Shown here one piece after another: positions 10,071 through 18,429 of a stretch of DNA of 24,141 nt. The translations under genes and the position numbers were made by a program. Source of the stretch: Pirellulales bacterium (GTDB lineage Bacteria > Planctomycetota > Planctomycetia > Pirellulales > UBA7805); NCBI GenBank assembly GCA_040878585.1, contig JBBDLY010000306.1, forward strand, positions 1 through 24,141. The letters are read 5' to 3'. Position 1 is the stretch's first letter; each line of letters starts with the position of its first letter. The notes under the pieces are model-generated. The model did no database searches. It was not told the origin of the DNA and worked only from the letters and a program-made list of their open reading frames with translations.

Positions 10071-10100
10071 TCCAGATTATCCATGAACAATCCGGACTAG
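10067..10100. repeat. CTAG-bounded hairpin between convergent stop codons (possible bidirectional terminator or element remnant)
   Basis: CTAGTCC-A-GATT (10067-10078) pairs with AATC-C-GGACTAG (10089-10100) around a 10-nt loop. No poly-U tract. Confidence 0.45.
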
Positions 10101-11272
10101 CCACTCGCTGCGGCGATTTCTTCGACCGCCGCGGCCAACTGCTCTAGATGTTCCCGCGTGTTGAATGGCCCTAGGCTGACGCGGACGGTTCCACCCAGCG
10201 GGAGCGAGCAGATCGACTGGTGAATCAGCGGCGCGCAGTGCAAGCCGCTGCGGACCTCGATGCCGTACTGGCTATCGAGTAAGGCGGCAACTTCCTGCGG
10301 GTCGAAACCGGCGATGTTGAAACTCAACACCGCTACCGATTGACTGGGGTCTTGCGTGCCATACAGCGTAACGGCGTCGATCGACCGCAGTCGCTCGATC
10401 AACTCGCCCAGTAGAGAGCGCTGCCGGTCGCGCAGCGCCTCGACCCCTTGCGACTCGAGCCAGGCGATCCCCGCCGCCAGGCCGGCCAGGCCGGGGACGT
10501 TGTGATTCCCCGCCTCGAACTTGAACGGCATCGTTTGGGGATGTCGGGGCGACTCGCTCTCCGTGCCCGTGCCTCCGAAACGGCTGGGAGTGAGGTGGTC
10601 CTCCAAACCGGGCCGCAGATAGAGCACGCCGGTTCCCAGCGGCCCCAACAAGCCTTTATGACCGCTGCCGACAACGACGTCGAACGGCAGTTGCTGGACG
10701 TTTAACGGTTCGTGGCCAAGAGTCTGCGCGGCGTCGAGAATGGTCCGCACGTCGTATTGCTGAGCCATTTCTAGAATCTGCTCCAGCGGCTGGATCGTGC
10801 CGGTCACGTTGGAGGCGTGCGTGACGACCAGCAGATCCGCCCCCCGAGCAAAGGCGCTCTCTAGTTTATGGAGTTTGACGCGGCCCTCGACGTCGCAGCC
10901 GACCGCCTCGAGCATTTTGGCTTGCGGATGGGTTTCGTACCACCACTGCAACGGCCGATGGACCGAGTTGTGATCGGCGGCCGTGGTGGCTACGTACTCG
11001 GCATGGGGAATCATGCCGCTGATGGCGAGATTCAGCACGTCGGTGCCGTTGAAGCCGAATGCAATGCGGGCCGGTTGCTCGGCGCCAATCAGTTTCGCCA
11101 TGCGACGCCGGGCGTCCTCCACGATTTGTGCGGCAGCGAGCGAGCTATCGTACGAGCCTCGGCCGGCCGAAGCGCCGTTGTCGCGCATCGTGGTCAACAC
11201 CGCCTCCAGCACGCTGGGCGGCTTGGGCCAACTTGTGGCGGCGTTGTCGAGGTAGATGCGATCCGGTTTCAT
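10097..11272 (-). CDS. PLP-dependent cysteine desulfurase family protein (class V aminotransferase, group II-like)
   Basis: IYLDNAATSWPKP, HASNVTG, DAAQ, SGHKGLLGP (PLP Lys) and RSGLHCAP (catalytic Cys). ATG at 11272; the extension to 11551 overlaps moaA. Confidence 0.88.
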   Translation of the reverse strand: MKPDRIYLDNAATSWPKPPSVLEAVLTTMRDNGASAGRGSYDSSLAAAQIVEDARRRMAKLIGAEQPARIAFGFNGTDVLNLAISGMIPHAEYVATTAADHNSVHRPLQWWYETHPQAKMLEAVGCDVEGRVKLHKLESAFARGADLLVVTHASNVTGTIQPLEQILEMAQQYDVRTILDAAQTLGHEPLNVQQLPFDVVVGSGHKGLLGPLGTGVLYLRPGLEDHLTPSRFGGTGTESESPRHPQTMPFKFEAGNHNVPGLAGLAAGIAWLESQGVEALRDRQRSLLGELIERLRSIDAVTLYGTQDPSQSVAVLSFNIAGFDPQEVAALLDSQYGIEVRSGLHCAPLIHQSICSLPLGGTVRVSLGPFNTREHLEQLAAAVEEIAAASG

Positions 11273-11325
11273 TATGATGCCGAAGTGAAGCTGATCGTAA
11301 TAGAGCGCCCGCGCCCTGCCTTGGA

Positions 11326-12321
11326 TTATCCGCCGATTTGATACATCGCTCGATCTGGTCGCAAGAAGTCCGGCTCGTCGATGCCGTGGCCAGGCTTCTT
11401 GGCGGCGATGCTCTCGCGGACCGCCCGCACGAGTTCCGCGTCGCTGCCGCCCTCGCGGAGCAGTTTGCGCAAATCCCACTCGGCCAGCGAGAACAAGCAG
11501 TTTCGCACCTTGCCGTCGGCCGTTAAGCGAAGCCGGTCGCAGTTGTGACAAAACGGCTGCGTCACGGGATTGATGAAGCCAATCCGGCCCCGGCCGTCGC
11601 GAAACACATAGTCGGTCGCCGGCTGGCTGGGATCGGTCACGGCAACCGGATCGAGAGGCCCGAACTCCGCTTCCAGCATTGCCCGCAGGTCGCCGCCGGA
11701 GATTACCTGCTCATACTTCCATTTCCCCTCGGCATCGAGCGGCATGAACTCGATAAACCGCATTTCCATTCCGTGCTCGCGAGCAAAGCGGCCCAGCGGC
11801 ACGACCTCGCATTCGGTGATGCCGCGAATCGCCACGGCGTTGAGCCGGATGTTTGTAAAGCCCGCCTCGCGAGCGGCGAAAATACCGGCTAAGACTCGTG
11901 TCAGTCCTTCGCGGCGGGCGATGGCGCGGAACGTTTCTTCGCTTAACCCATCGAGGCTGATATTCAACCGCCGCAGGCCGGCTCGTTTCAACTCGGCCGC
12001 TTGTTCCGCCAGCAGGATGCCGTTGGTGGTCAGCGCCAGGTCTTCGATTCCCGGAATTCGGCTCAATTGGGCAATCAACTTGGGCAGTTCCTGACGAACC
12101 AGCGGCTCGCCGCCTGTGAGACGGAGTTTACAAACGCCCAGCGGCGCCAACAAGCGGACGACTCGCACGATTTCCTCGAACGTGAGGATCTCGGAGCGCG
12201 GCTTGAATTGCACGTTCTCGTTCGGCATGCAGTAAAAGCAGCGGATATTGCAGCGGTCGGTGACACTGATCCGCAGGTTGCGGTGTATGCGTCCAAAGCT
12301 ATCGATCAACGGCTCGTTCAT
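11326..12321 (-). CDS. moaA: GTP 3',8-cyclase (radical SAM)
   Basis: LRISVTDRCNIRCFYC (CxxxCxxC), LTGGEP, RFIEFMP, FCHNCDRLRLTADGKVRNC and C-terminal MYQIGG. ATG at 12321 overlaps the moaE stop. Confidence 0.95.
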   Translation of the reverse strand: MNEPLIDSFGRIHRNLRISVTDRCNIRCFYCMPNENVQFKPRSEILTFEEIVRVVRLLAPLGVCKLRLTGGEPLVRQELPKLIAQLSRIPGIEDLALTTNGILLAEQAAELKRAGLRRLNISLDGLSEETFRAIARREGLTRVLAGIFAAREAGFTNIRLNAVAIRGITECEVVPLGRFAREHGMEMRFIEFMPLDAEGKWKYEQVISGGDLRAMLEAEFGPLDPVAVTDPSQPATDYVFRDGRGRIGFINPVTQPFCHNCDRLRLTADGKVRNCLFSLAEWDLRKLLREGGSDAELVRAVRESIAAKKPGHGIDEPDFLRPDRAMYQIGG

Positions 12322-12776
12322 GTTGCATCCTCCGCAGTATCCGCCAGGTTCTCGCCGGGGCCGTCCAAGCCAGGATGCACCCACTGCGAGCTGCCGTCGG
12401 CCCAGTTTTCCCGCTTCCAGATCGGCGCCTGCTGCTTGATCTCGTCCATCAGCCAGCTCGCCGCCGCGAAGGCGTCCGCCCGATGGGGCGAGGAAACGGC
12501 TACGGCAATGCTCGCCTCCCCAATTTCGACCCGTCCGATTCGATGAATCACGCCGCACTGTAGAATCGGCCACCGCCGAGTTGCTTCCTGGCGAAGCTTC
12601 TCGAACTGCCGCAGCGTCATCGATTCGTGACATTCATAATCGAGCGAAGCGGTTTCTCGGCCGTCGGTGAGTTGCCGCGTCGTGCCAACAAACAAAACGA
12701 CTGCCCCGGCCAATGGCGACTGAACGTCGGCCAGCAGCTTGTTCGTATCGATCTTGTGGTTGGTGACCTCGATCAT
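12318..12776 (-). CDS. moaE: Molybdopterin synthase catalytic subunit
   Basis: GAVVLFVGTTR, LDYEC, HRIG, VSSPHRADAF and KQQAPIWKRE motifs. Confidence 0.93.
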   Translation of the reverse strand: MIEVTNHKIDTNKLLADVQSPLAGAVVLFVGTTRQLTDGRETASLDYECHESMTLRQFEKLRQEATRRWPILQCGVIHRIGRVEIGEASIAVAVSSPHRADAFAAASWLMDEIKQQAPIWKRENWADGSSQWVHPGLDGPGENLADTAEDAT

Positions 12777-12782
12777 ATTAGT

Positions 12783-13028
12783 TCAACCGCCGCTGACCGG
12801 CGGAATAAGGGCAATGCTGTCATTCTCGTGGAGCTGCTGGTGGTCGGCGGCGAACTCGTCGTTTACCGCGATCCGAAATCGGACGCCGCTTTCGGCCAAC
12901 CGCGGAACCACTCGATCCAGTTCCCGCCGCAGCCGCTCCACCGTGGCATCCGCCGGCAGTTCGAGTGGTATCTGGTCGCGGCCGGCCCAATCCCGCGCAA
13001 CGGCGAATAGTTGAACGTTGAGATTCAT
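12783..13028 (-). CDS. moaD: Molybdopterin synthase sulfur carrier subunit
   Basis: 81 aa ubiquitin-like protein with VQLFA, AVNDEF and C-terminal IPPVSGG; adjacent to moaE. Confidence 0.92.
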   Translation of the reverse strand: MNLNVQLFAVARDWAGRDQIPLELPADATVERLRRELDRVVPRLAESGVRFRIAVNDEFAADHQQLHENDSIALIPPVSGG

Positions 13029-13030
13029 TT

Positions 13031-16003
13031 CTAGGTGGTCACCAAATCTTGACCTCGTCGCGTCAGCAGGGCGGCGCCTTCTGGTAGCAATCCGTAAGCC
13101 AAGGCCAGAACTTTCAAGGGATGGAAGGTCGGCTTGGTCGTGCCTTGCTCCATTTGCATTTTACACGCGGTGCATTCGGTCGTGCCGGCCTGATAGCGGG
13201 GATCCCGCACTGCGCCGATCAAATCGAATCCGGCCCGCAAGCTGCTACGATAGTTCTGCTTGCGAACGCCGTACAGGCCGGCCATGCCGGAACAGCCGCA
13301 TTCGGCTCGCGTGACCTTCATGCCCGGAATCAGGCGCAACAGATGCTCGCCCGGAGCGCCGAAGCCGAGTGCCTTTTGATGGCACGGTAAGTGGTAGAGT
13401 AAATTGGCGTTGACCGGCTTGAAGTCTAGTTGCAGTTTGCCTTGTTGGTGCATTCGCCACAGGTAGTTGCAAGCCTCGCTGGTGTTCTCGGCGACCAGCC
13501 GCGCTTCGTCGTCGTCGAGCAGCGCTAAGTATTCGTGCGTCAAGGCAAGCGCGGCCGAAGGCTCCGTCGCGACGACGTGGTAGCCCAGGCGAACCGCTTC
13601 GGCAAGAATCTCCACGTTGTGGGCGGCCAGACGCTTGGCGCGGTCGACCGCGCCCTCGGTAATCAGGGCCATGCCCGATTCGCCCAGGCCGGGCGGCACG
13701 TAAACCGAGACACCGTGATGTTCCATGATCGCGACGAACGCTTCGGCTAGTTGCGGATCGAAGTAGTTGGCGTAGGTATCGGTAAAATAGACCACCTTGG
13801 CCTCGCTGCCGCGTGACAGCCGATTGAGCCGCCGGCGCGCCGCTTGCCGCGCAAAGGGGCGGGGGGCGAACCGCGGCAGCTTGCGACCTTGAGCGATGCC
13901 CAGAAACCGTTCCAGCAGCCAGCGGGCGGTACGATTACCCAGCGCCCAATTCGACAACGGACTGACCGCACTGCCCCACTTGCCGACGCTCCCCAACCGA
14001 ATCAGCAAACTGTCGCGGGGACGGAGACCGTTTACCGCCACGTAGGCCGCCTTGGCCTCGGCCATCAGTCTGGGGATGTCGACGTTGGCGGGACACTCGC
14101 TCCGGCATTGATGGCAGTTGACGCATAAGTCGGCCAACGCCTTGAACTCTTCGCTGGCAACCGCTTCGGGCGGGAGTTCGCCGCTGAGGACGCCTCGCAT
14201 CAGGTTGGCCTTGGCGCGGGGAGACGCTTCCTCGCGCGGGGACGCCCGGAAGATGGGGCACATTCGCACGTCGGACAACTGTGAGCGGCAGGCCCCGCAG
14301 CCGTTGCAGTTGCGCGCCGCGCTCGATACCTCATTGAGATTCCAGTTCAATTGCAGTTCGACTGTTCCCAGCAACTCGCGACCGGCCGGCGTCCCCCCCG
14401 AGTCCGGGGCCGATTCTTTCTCGCCGACGAATGTCACGGGGCGCAAGTGTTTGGTCAACGCATCGGTTTCTCCGCCGATCACCTTACCCGGATTGAGCAG
14501 ATTGTTCGGATCGAAGATCTGTTTCAAGTCGCGAAACGAATCGTAAAGCGGACCGTACTGGCGGCGAATGAACTGGGTGCGGCTGAATCCGTCGCCATGT
14601 TCGCCGCTGATCGTGCCGCCCGCCAGCCACACTTGCTCGTACAGTTCGGCCGCAATCTGCTCCATCCGCCGCAGGTCGGCCGACGAGGCCAGATCGAGAA
14701 ACGGCCGCACGTGCAACTGCCCGTGGCCGGCGTGTCCGAACAGCGAGAAGGTCGCTTGATGTTTCTTGAACACGTTCTGCATGGACGTCAAGAAGGAGGG
14801 CAGCGCCGCCGGCGGAACCGCCAGGTCTTCCACAAACGGCAGCGGTCGCGACGATCCCTTGAGCCGGTAGAGCGTGGGCACCACATGACGAGCCAAGCCC
14901 CAATAAAGCTCAACTTCTGTGGGATCGATTGTATGCCGTGCGCCGAATGCCAGCTTCTTGCGCCGCCAGAGCCGATCGATCATTCGCCGCAGCGAATCGC
15001 GCACCTCGTCCATGTCGTCGCCGGCAAACTCGACCAGCAACACTGCCTCGGTCTCCGCGGGAATCAGCAGATCGAACCGCACGTCGTGCTCGCGAGCGAG
15101 ACTGACGTGCCGACGATCCATCAGGTCGCAGGCGGTGGGCGAAAAAGCGACGACCTCCGTTACGGCGCGGGCGGCGTTCTCCATGCTGCCAAACAACAGC
15201 AATGCGACGGCCCGATACCGCACATCCGGCTCGATTCCGACCGTGGCTTCGGTCGTTAGCGCCAAGGTTCCGGCGGAACCGGTCAGCAACTTTGCCAGAT
15301 CGAGATGCGTGTCGGTAAGCACGTCGTTGAGTTGATAGCCGCAACGGTTGACCGGCGAGCGGGGCGAATGCTCGGCTAGCAAGTCGCCGGAGCGGCGAAT
15401 CAACGAAGCAACCTCACGAACCAACCGCCGGCGCTGCGGGAAAGGATCATCGGCCCGTTCCAGGGGTTCGTTGCCCAGTTCCAGACGCGTGCCGTCGGCC
15501 AGCACCACTTGCAGAGATTCGACGTGCCGCCGGGTGGAGCCGTATTGCAGCCAATGGCTGCCGGCTGCGTCGACGCCGATCACTCCCCCCATGGTTGTAA
15601 CGGCCGACATGGCCGGATCGGGTCCAAAAATCATGCCGCGCTCGGCCAGCGCGCGATTGAGCCGCGCATGCACCACGCCCGGCTGAAGCCTTACGCGTTG
15701 ATCGTCCACCCGCTGGATCCGCTGCATGAATCGCGAAAAATCGAGTACCAGCCCGCCACCGAGCGATTCGCCCGCCAGGCCGGTCCCAGCCCCGCGGGCG
15801 TGAATCGGCAGACCGTTTTCGGCGGCGTACTGCATGCAGGCCATCACGTCGTCGGAGTGGCTCGGACAGACTACCGCCATTGGCCGTACCTGATAGATGC
15901 TGGCGTCGCTGGCGTAGAGCTGCAAAAACAGATCGTCGCAGCGCACCAGCCCGTCGATCAGGCCGCGCAAGTCGTCGAGAATTCGTTCTCGTTGGTGATC
16001 CAT
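13031..16003 (-). CDS. FAD-linked oxidase fused to 4Fe-4S dicluster and GlpC-like CCG domains
   Basis: YASDAS, RGAGTGLAG, GPDP, GHAGHGQLH and SGEHGDG; CNGCGAC..MCP and CVNCHQCRSECP; C-terminal HLPCHQ, CSGMAG and TECTACKMQ. Confidence 0.88.
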   Translation of the reverse strand: MDHQRERILDDLRGLIDGLVRCDDLFLQLYASDASIYQVRPMAVVCPSHSDDVMACMQYAAENGLPIHARGAGTGLAGESLGGGLVLDFSRFMQRIQRVDDQRVRLQPGVVHARLNRALAERGMIFGPDPAMSAVTTMGGVIGVDAAGSHWLQYGSTRRHVESLQVVLADGTRLELGNEPLERADDPFPQRRRLVREVASLIRRSGDLLAEHSPRSPVNRCGYQLNDVLTDTHLDLAKLLTGSAGTLALTTEATVGIEPDVRYRAVALLLFGSMENAARAVTEVVAFSPTACDLMDRRHVSLAREHDVRFDLLIPAETEAVLLVEFAGDDMDEVRDSLRRMIDRLWRRKKLAFGARHTIDPTEVELYWGLARHVVPTLYRLKGSSRPLPFVEDLAVPPAALPSFLTSMQNVFKKHQATFSLFGHAGHGQLHVRPFLDLASSADLRRMEQIAAELYEQVWLAGGTISGEHGDGFSRTQFIRRQYGPLYDSFRDLKQIFDPNNLLNPGKVIGGETDALTKHLRPVTFVGEKESAPDSGGTPAGRELLGTVELQLNWNLNEVSSAARNCNGCGACRSQLSDVRMCPIFRASPREEASPRAKANLMRGVLSGELPPEAVASEEFKALADLCVNCHQCRSECPANVDIPRLMAEAKAAYVAVNGLRPRDSLLIRLGSVGKWGSAVSPLSNWALGNRTARWLLERFLGIAQGRKLPRFAPRPFARQAARRRLNRLSRGSEAKVVYFTDTYANYFDPQLAEAFVAIMEHHGVSVYVPPGLGESGMALITEGAVDRAKRLAAHNVEILAEAVRLGYHVVATEPSAALALTHEYLALLDDDEARLVAENTSEACNYLWRMHQQGKLQLDFKPVNANLLYHLPCHQKALGFGAPGEHLLRLIPGMKVTRAECGCSGMAGLYGVRKQNYRSSLRAGFDLIGAVRDPRYQAGTTECTACKMQMEQGTTKPTFHPLKVLALAYGLLPEGAALLTRRGQDLVTT

Positions 16004-16091
16004 GGGAAAGCCGAGATTAAGTTGAACCGCAGGGAGCAGTCCAGGATGATGAGTCGAATTCCCTGCCGTTGTTGCTTGCCGAGGGACATTG

Positions 16092-16613
16092 TTAGCCCGA
16101 TCTCGGCGCCGAGGCGGATTCGGTCGTCGTGTGGGCCGCGGCCGCCGACTCCTGTTGCCGAGCTGCCAACTGTCGATAGCGCTCGTGCGTTTCCAGATTG
16201 AAACCGGCGTGGTCGTCGAGGTTGCTCAGTCCGCGGTAATGGGCGTTGCAGCGATAGCAGACCAGCGCCTCGCCCATCGTGATATACAACAGCACATCGA
16301 TTCCGGCCGTAAGGAACAGAATCGCATACGCCCACAGCGGGCGGCTGTCGTACCACGCAATACTGCTGAGGACAAACCCCGCGACTACGATCGCAATGCC
16401 CAGGCGTTGGGGGAAATCCTTCCGTATGAATAGTTCGCGACTCGGGCAGACCAGGCAATGGTGCAATTGCTGCTCGCCGTCAACTTCGCTGACGGCGTCG
16501 GGCGGTAACTCCACGGCAAGGCCGCAGTTATCGCAGGAAAACGCGTCGGTCGCGGCGTCGATTTCGGCGCGAATGGTCGTGTCGCAGGTGGGACAGGCGC
16601 AGGTTAGGTTCAT
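16092..16613 (-). CDS. Hypothetical Zn-ribbon membrane protein
   Basis: CxxC pairs CPTC, CDNC, CLVC and CYRC flank two hydrophobic helices; 7 nt downstream of the preceding CDS. Confidence 0.75.
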   Translation of the reverse strand: MNLTCACPTCDTTIRAEIDAATDAFSCDNCGLAVELPPDAVSEVDGEQQLHHCLVCPSRELFIRKDFPQRLGIAIVVAGFVLSSIAWYDSRPLWAYAILFLTAGIDVLLYITMGEALVCYRCNAHYRGLSNLDDHAGFNLETHERYRQLAARQQESAAAAHTTTESASAPRSG

Positions 16614-16620
16614 GCCTCTA

Positions 16621-17436
16621 TCATAATGGATAAAGGGTTTGCGCCGACAGTAGTTGCGCGCTCAGTTCACCAGTGAAAGTGGTAATCACCGCCACATAGA
16701 GGATTCCGGTTGCGCTCTGCGTATTGGGGATTTTCAGCGTTCGCCAAGCCATCCAGGTCAGCAATAGCGGGGCTGCCAGTCCCGAGAGCCAACGAATCGC
16801 CAGAAAGGCCGACTGCAGCCCGTCGAACGAGAGACCGCGTTGCCATTCCAATCCCAGGCCAACCAAACTGATCACCGCCCGGATAGACAGGGCGACCGCC
16901 ATCCAGGCGAGCAATCGCACCAACGGTGCAATCTGCATGGTGGGGCTGTTGAGGTACCAATGCCCTAGCAGCATGGCCGCCATCGTAAAGCCCAGCACCG
17001 CGCCCCCGGCGGGGGCGTCGGCGTGACGCAAGAACGCGTTCGTATGGTTCACCGGTACGTCGCTGATCGAGGTCTCATCGGGAGGTGGCGACGATGGCGG
17101 AGTAGCCAAATATTCGGGTGTAGCAGTCCATGCCGCGGCCAGAGCCAGGATTGCGACCACGATTAACACGATCCTGCCGCTTCGTTGCTGCTCGTAAAGC
17201 CACATGACCGAACCGACGTAGCTGGCTACCACGACTGAACCTGAAAGCCAGGCGGCCAGTTTGAGGGATTCGGTAAAACAAATCAGCGTGCTAAATGCAC
17301 TCAGCCCGAGAATGACGTACAACGTGTTGCGGAAGTATCCGCTAGTAACTTGCTTGGGCGATACCAGCGCCATGCCGAGCGCCAATCCGAACGCGAGGCG
17401 CAACAGAAACTGAAGTAGTTGAAGTAGCAGGTCCAC
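16621..17436 (-). CDS. Hypothetical polytopic membrane protein (AMLLGHWYL motif)
   Basis: About 7-8 hydrophobic segments, GTG start 18 nt after the folE stop, tight operon spacing. Confidence 0.78.
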   Translation of the reverse strand: MDLLLQLLQFLLRLAFGLALGMALVSPKQVTSGYFRNTLYVILGLSAFSTLICFTESLKLAAWLSGSVVVASYVGSVMWLYEQQRSGRIVLIVVAILALAAAWTATPEYLATPPSSPPPDETSISDVPVNHTNAFLRHADAPAGGAVLGFTMAAMLLGHWYLNSPTMQIAPLVRLLAWMAVALSIRAVISLVGLGLEWQRGLSFDGLQSAFLAIRWLSGLAAPLLLTWMAWRTLKIPNTQSATGILYVAVITTFTGELSAQLLSAQTLYPL

Positions 17437-17454
17437 GAGAATACTCCCGCCACT

Positions 17455-18105
17455 TTACGTGCGATTGCCGTAGATGAGCGTCATGATCTCCGAGCGGCTC
17501 GATAAGTGGGAGCGGAAGATTCCCTTCATCGCCGAAGTGACACACAGGCTGCCCGGCTTACGAATGCCGCGCACAGTCATGCATGTATGGGTCGCTTCCA
17601 GCACCACGGCCACCCCCTTGGCGTCAAGTTCCTCCATCAGCAGATTGGCGATCTGTTGTGTCATCCGTTCCTGCACTTGGGGCCGCTTGGCAAAGCCTTC
17701 CACCACCCGGGCCAACTTGCTCAGTCCCAGCACCTTGCCGGCCGGCAAATAGCCAATATGGGCCTTCCCCATGAATGGCAGCAGATGATGCTCGCAGGTG
17801 CTGTTGAAACTGATGTCGCGCACCAGTACGACTTCGTCGTATTCCTCGGTGAATACCTTCTTCAGGTGGGCGGCCGGATCCTCGTGAAGTCCGGCGAAGA
17901 TCTCCGCGTACATCCGCGCGACCCGTGCGGGCGTTTCCAATAATCCCTCGCGGTCGGGATCTTCGCCGACCGCCGCCAGGATCTCACGCACCGCCCTTTC
18001 AATCCGCGGCAGATCGACCTGGCCCGTCGCCGGCGGCAGCGGATCGTCTAACTCGCCCATCAGGCTTCCTGCCAGCCGATCGGTGGATTGCTCATTCTGT
18101 GCCAT
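17455..18105 (-). CDS. folE: GTP cyclohydrolase I
   Basis: [39 protein letters not shown] and THTCMTVRG. An alternative ATG lies at 18060. Confidence 0.96.
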   Translation of the reverse strand: MAQNEQSTDRLAGSLMGELDDPLPPATGQVDLPRIERAVREILAAVGEDPDREGLLETPARVARMYAEIFAGLHEDPAAHLKKVFTEEYDEVVLVRDISFNSTCEHHLLPFMGKAHIGYLPAGKVLGLSKLARVVEGFAKRPQVQERMTQQIANLLMEELDAKGVAVVLEATHTCMTVRGIRKPGSLCVTSAMKGIFRSHLSSRSEIMTLIYGNRT

Positions 18106-18118
18106 GAAGTACGCCTGA

Positions 18119-18256
18119 GAGGCTGTGAAAATATGTGATTAACGCTTGGGGTCGCTCCACAACATCAGCCGCACCGCGCTAGCGGCCGGTTATTCGGCGC
18201 TAACCGGGGGCTAGCGCCCTGCGGCTGATGTTTGATGTCGATCGTTTCACAGCCCC
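18119..18256. mobile_element. MITE-like non-autonomous element with internal long hairpin
   Basis: Ends GAGGCTGTGAAA (18119-18130) and TTTCACAGCCCC (18245-18256) are 11/12 complementary and are flanked by direct TGA (18116-18118, 18257-18259). Internal stems: 18161-18173/18220-18232 (13 bp), 18176-18183/18210-18217 (8 bp), 18186-18192/18201-18207 (7 bp). Confidence 0.65.
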
Positions 18257-18286
18257 TGACTATTTGCGGGACTGCTGAATCTGTTG

Positions 18287-18316
18287 ATGGTAACGGCGAG
18301 CCGATGGATCGGTCAA
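18287..18316 (-). promoter_or_regulatory. Putative sigma70-type promoter of the folE-moa operon
   Basis: Minus-strand TTGACC (18311-18316), N18, TACCAT (18287-18292). Confidence 0.45.
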
Positions 18317-18429
18317 GTTGCCAAATCGTGTAGTCGAAGTCGCCGAAACGTCCGCGCAGCGGAGATGCCCATCGCCAGCGAGCCAGCCGCCAATTTAAGC
18401 GGGCCTATCGACAGGTAGCGAAATCGCGT

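Noticed and set aside
11273-12633. Extended starts for the desulfurase (11551) and moaA (12633)
   Set aside because: They overlap moaA and moaE respectively; family motifs begin at the downstream ATGs (11272, 12321).
13020-13040. Moco riboswitch upstream of moaD
   Set aside because: Only 2 nt separate the oxidoreductase stop from the moaD start, and no such motif was recognised elsewhere.
16029-16066. GCAGGGA/TCCCTGC 7-bp inverted repeat in an intergenic gap
   Set aside because: Short stem with a 24-nt loop and no U-tract; plausible by chance at this GC content.
14351-16201. Long antisense ORFs (302 aa, 230 aa) opposite the oxidoreductase
   Set aside because: Expected shadow ORFs in GC-rich DNA; no recognisable motifs.
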